From Spongospora subterranea f. sp. subterranea (lineage: Eukaryota): a DNA stretch of 64,000 nucleotides. The stretch lies in NCBI GenBank assembly GCA_049724395.1, contig JAUGWO010000062.1, positions 1-64,000 of the forward strand. Reading direction: 5' to 3'. This document shows positions 62,131 through 64,000 of the stretch, piece by piece. Position numbers and translations under genes: made by a program. Within the stretch, counting starts at the first letter, position 1. Each line of letters begins with the position of its first letter. The notes under the pieces were generated by a model. The model was not told the DNA's origin. It searched no databases and saw only the letters and a program-made list of their open reading frames with translations.

Positions 62131-64000
62131 CTATGATAAATGGGAAAGAGCCTGATCTGCGAAGAATTTTACGTCTTGATCTGTATCATCCTAGATCAAC
62201 AGAATCCGATTAGTATGAAACATTCGCAGAAATTCCATATGCAGAGTACGTAAGGTGGATGATTCAAAAAATCACCAACGCCAAAGGATAGCAGTTACCT
62301 TTAATTTGTTCAAAACCGGTCGAATACTGTTTTGCTTAAAAGCGGCATCCAGGAGAGGCAAAATTGTGTCGATATTTCGCGCCGCACAGATGCGAACTGT
62401 GAATACCGTGAGAACCCACTACAACACCGAACTGTAATCCCGACCATTTGGAATGTTATCCTTGATGGCGTTAATTAAAATGGGAACGAGAGTTGACGTC
62501 GTGAAGGGCGCCTTGAAAAGAGGCATGCACTCGACCGTGATTTGCATTGGGATTAGGCGGAACAAGTAGTTTGTCCTGGAGTCGAAATGCTTCAGCAGTT
62601 CCGGAATCAGCTTATTCTGTATCGAGAATTCGGACGAGATATGACACAAAACTGTTTCAATTACCTGTCCCCAGTCGACGCCGAAAATCTGGATTAGCTG
62701 CTTGACCTGCGCCGGTACCGACGACCGAACATGGGCAACCCTGTCTGTTGCCAGCCGCAACAAAATCTCGTGATACTTTGACTCATAAACCGTCAATGAA
62801 CAGCTTTTCATCAAAGCAGAAATCTTGTTCACGACACCAAGACGAATACGCCACTAATAGAATCTGAAAACGAGATATAGTTCGTGCCGATGCAACACAT
62901 ACCTTAACGTCACAAGACAACTTGGAGAAAATAGGTGCCAGTGAGACAATCCAAGACTCACCACCAGCCAGAGCGGCAATCCTGTCAACGTTATGCAGAA
63001 CATTACAGCGAAGATCAAAAGCTTCCTCGCCCAGCATGTTCACGATGATAGGCAATAGATTGGCTTGAGCCGCTTTTTGCTCGATTAATGGACATAATGG
63101 AGCAATGATTTTTGCGAATGCAAATTTTGTTTCATCAGCAGAATCTATGGCGAGAGCTTTGGCTGCAGCGATCATGAATGGAGTGGCCAGAGCCGGACCA
63201 ACGGCCGTGGCAATATCGAGCATGCCATCAACTAAGGCAGTTCGAACTTCCGGCTCAGAATCGGAAACAAGCTTTGCAAACAATGGCATCAGCGATTCGG
63301 TGAGGATTGCAGGCGTGGCAGCCTTGCAAACAGCAGCGAACATTTTCGCCAGATGCCGACGAACTTTCCAGCTTGAATCGGCCGCTGCCTCTTCAACTAA
63401 TGGAACAGATAAATCAGCATTGGTGGATGCGTCGACACTTTTGCCAATTTCAACGGCGCAATCCACGATCAGAATTCGAACTGAGTCTTGATCGTCTTCA
63501 CACAACGCCCGAAGAGATTGGATCAAGTCAGATCGCAGAAAGGTTGGACCCACAAGGGAACATAGCGCAGGCAACGCAGTGAATGCGGCTTTTCTAACCA
63601 TTGGGGTCTCATCTGAACACATTTTCTGAATGATACCTCGTAAAACAGATTTACTCTGGTCCGAGGTGACTTTCTTGTAGATTGGGACGATTAGTTGGGC
63701 CGAAGAGCACCTCCCTGAAAACCAGGTCGCGTGCGATAGGCGTTCGCAGCAAGGGACAAGGAGATCGGAGACTTGCGAGGGCGTCGTTAACTCAATGATT
63801 CGAGAAGCGCCACGAACAGCCGCCTCACGAACGCAGGTTTCATCCGCTTGCATTATTGCCTCCAACATGGGGAGAACACTTCCAGCAGGAACCTGTACGG
63901 TCGTTGAACACAGTTCGCCGAGCTGCTCAGCCATGACGGCGAGGGCTTCATCAGAAACAACGCGATCGAAAGTCTCAAGAAGTGGTGAAGCTCCGGCACA
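62131..64000 (-). CDS. PPP2R1A: PP2A scaffold subunit A (HEAT repeats), 5' end beyond window
   Basis: MAEQLG; ETCVREAAV; WFSGRCSSA; DETPMVRKAA; DDQDSVR; DSSWKVR; DSEPEVR; K|WRIR; D.IPN|VR; DDTDQDVKFFA. Confidence 0.93.

Overview
Eukaryotic nuclear DNA from an intron-rich, flagellate-bearing organism. Introns are short (mostly ~45-250 nt, GT-AG) and an IFT139/TTC21B gene is present. Gene style is consistent with a plasmodiophorid-like protist, but that is inference only. The first ~10 kb is a mosaic of decayed Ty3/Gypsy (chromovirus-type) retrotransposon pieces. It also holds an orphan three-exon 5' fragment of eIF3d, a ~270-bp coding-type repeat and a gene with three copies of an unassigned Cys/His/Trp domain. 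From 10.5 to 26.5 kb lie a compact ABCA transporter with almost no extracellular domains and two divergently oriented, very large secreted repeat glycoproteins. All three carry apparent small frameshifts. The rest is mostly housekeeping genes: TPX2-like, SLX4, a CAMK-like kinase, DNLZ/Tim15, an RNase III-family protein, DONSON, a sphingosine kinase-like protein, TTC21B, MIPEP and PP2A-A. An LRR membrane protein and a small Cys-rich secreted protein also lie there. A transposon graveyard at 31.8-39.5 kb includes an RT-deleted chromovirus carrying a 48-bp tandem array. No rRNA, tRNA or CRISPR array was seen. Multi-exon gene boundaries were read by eye and are approximate.
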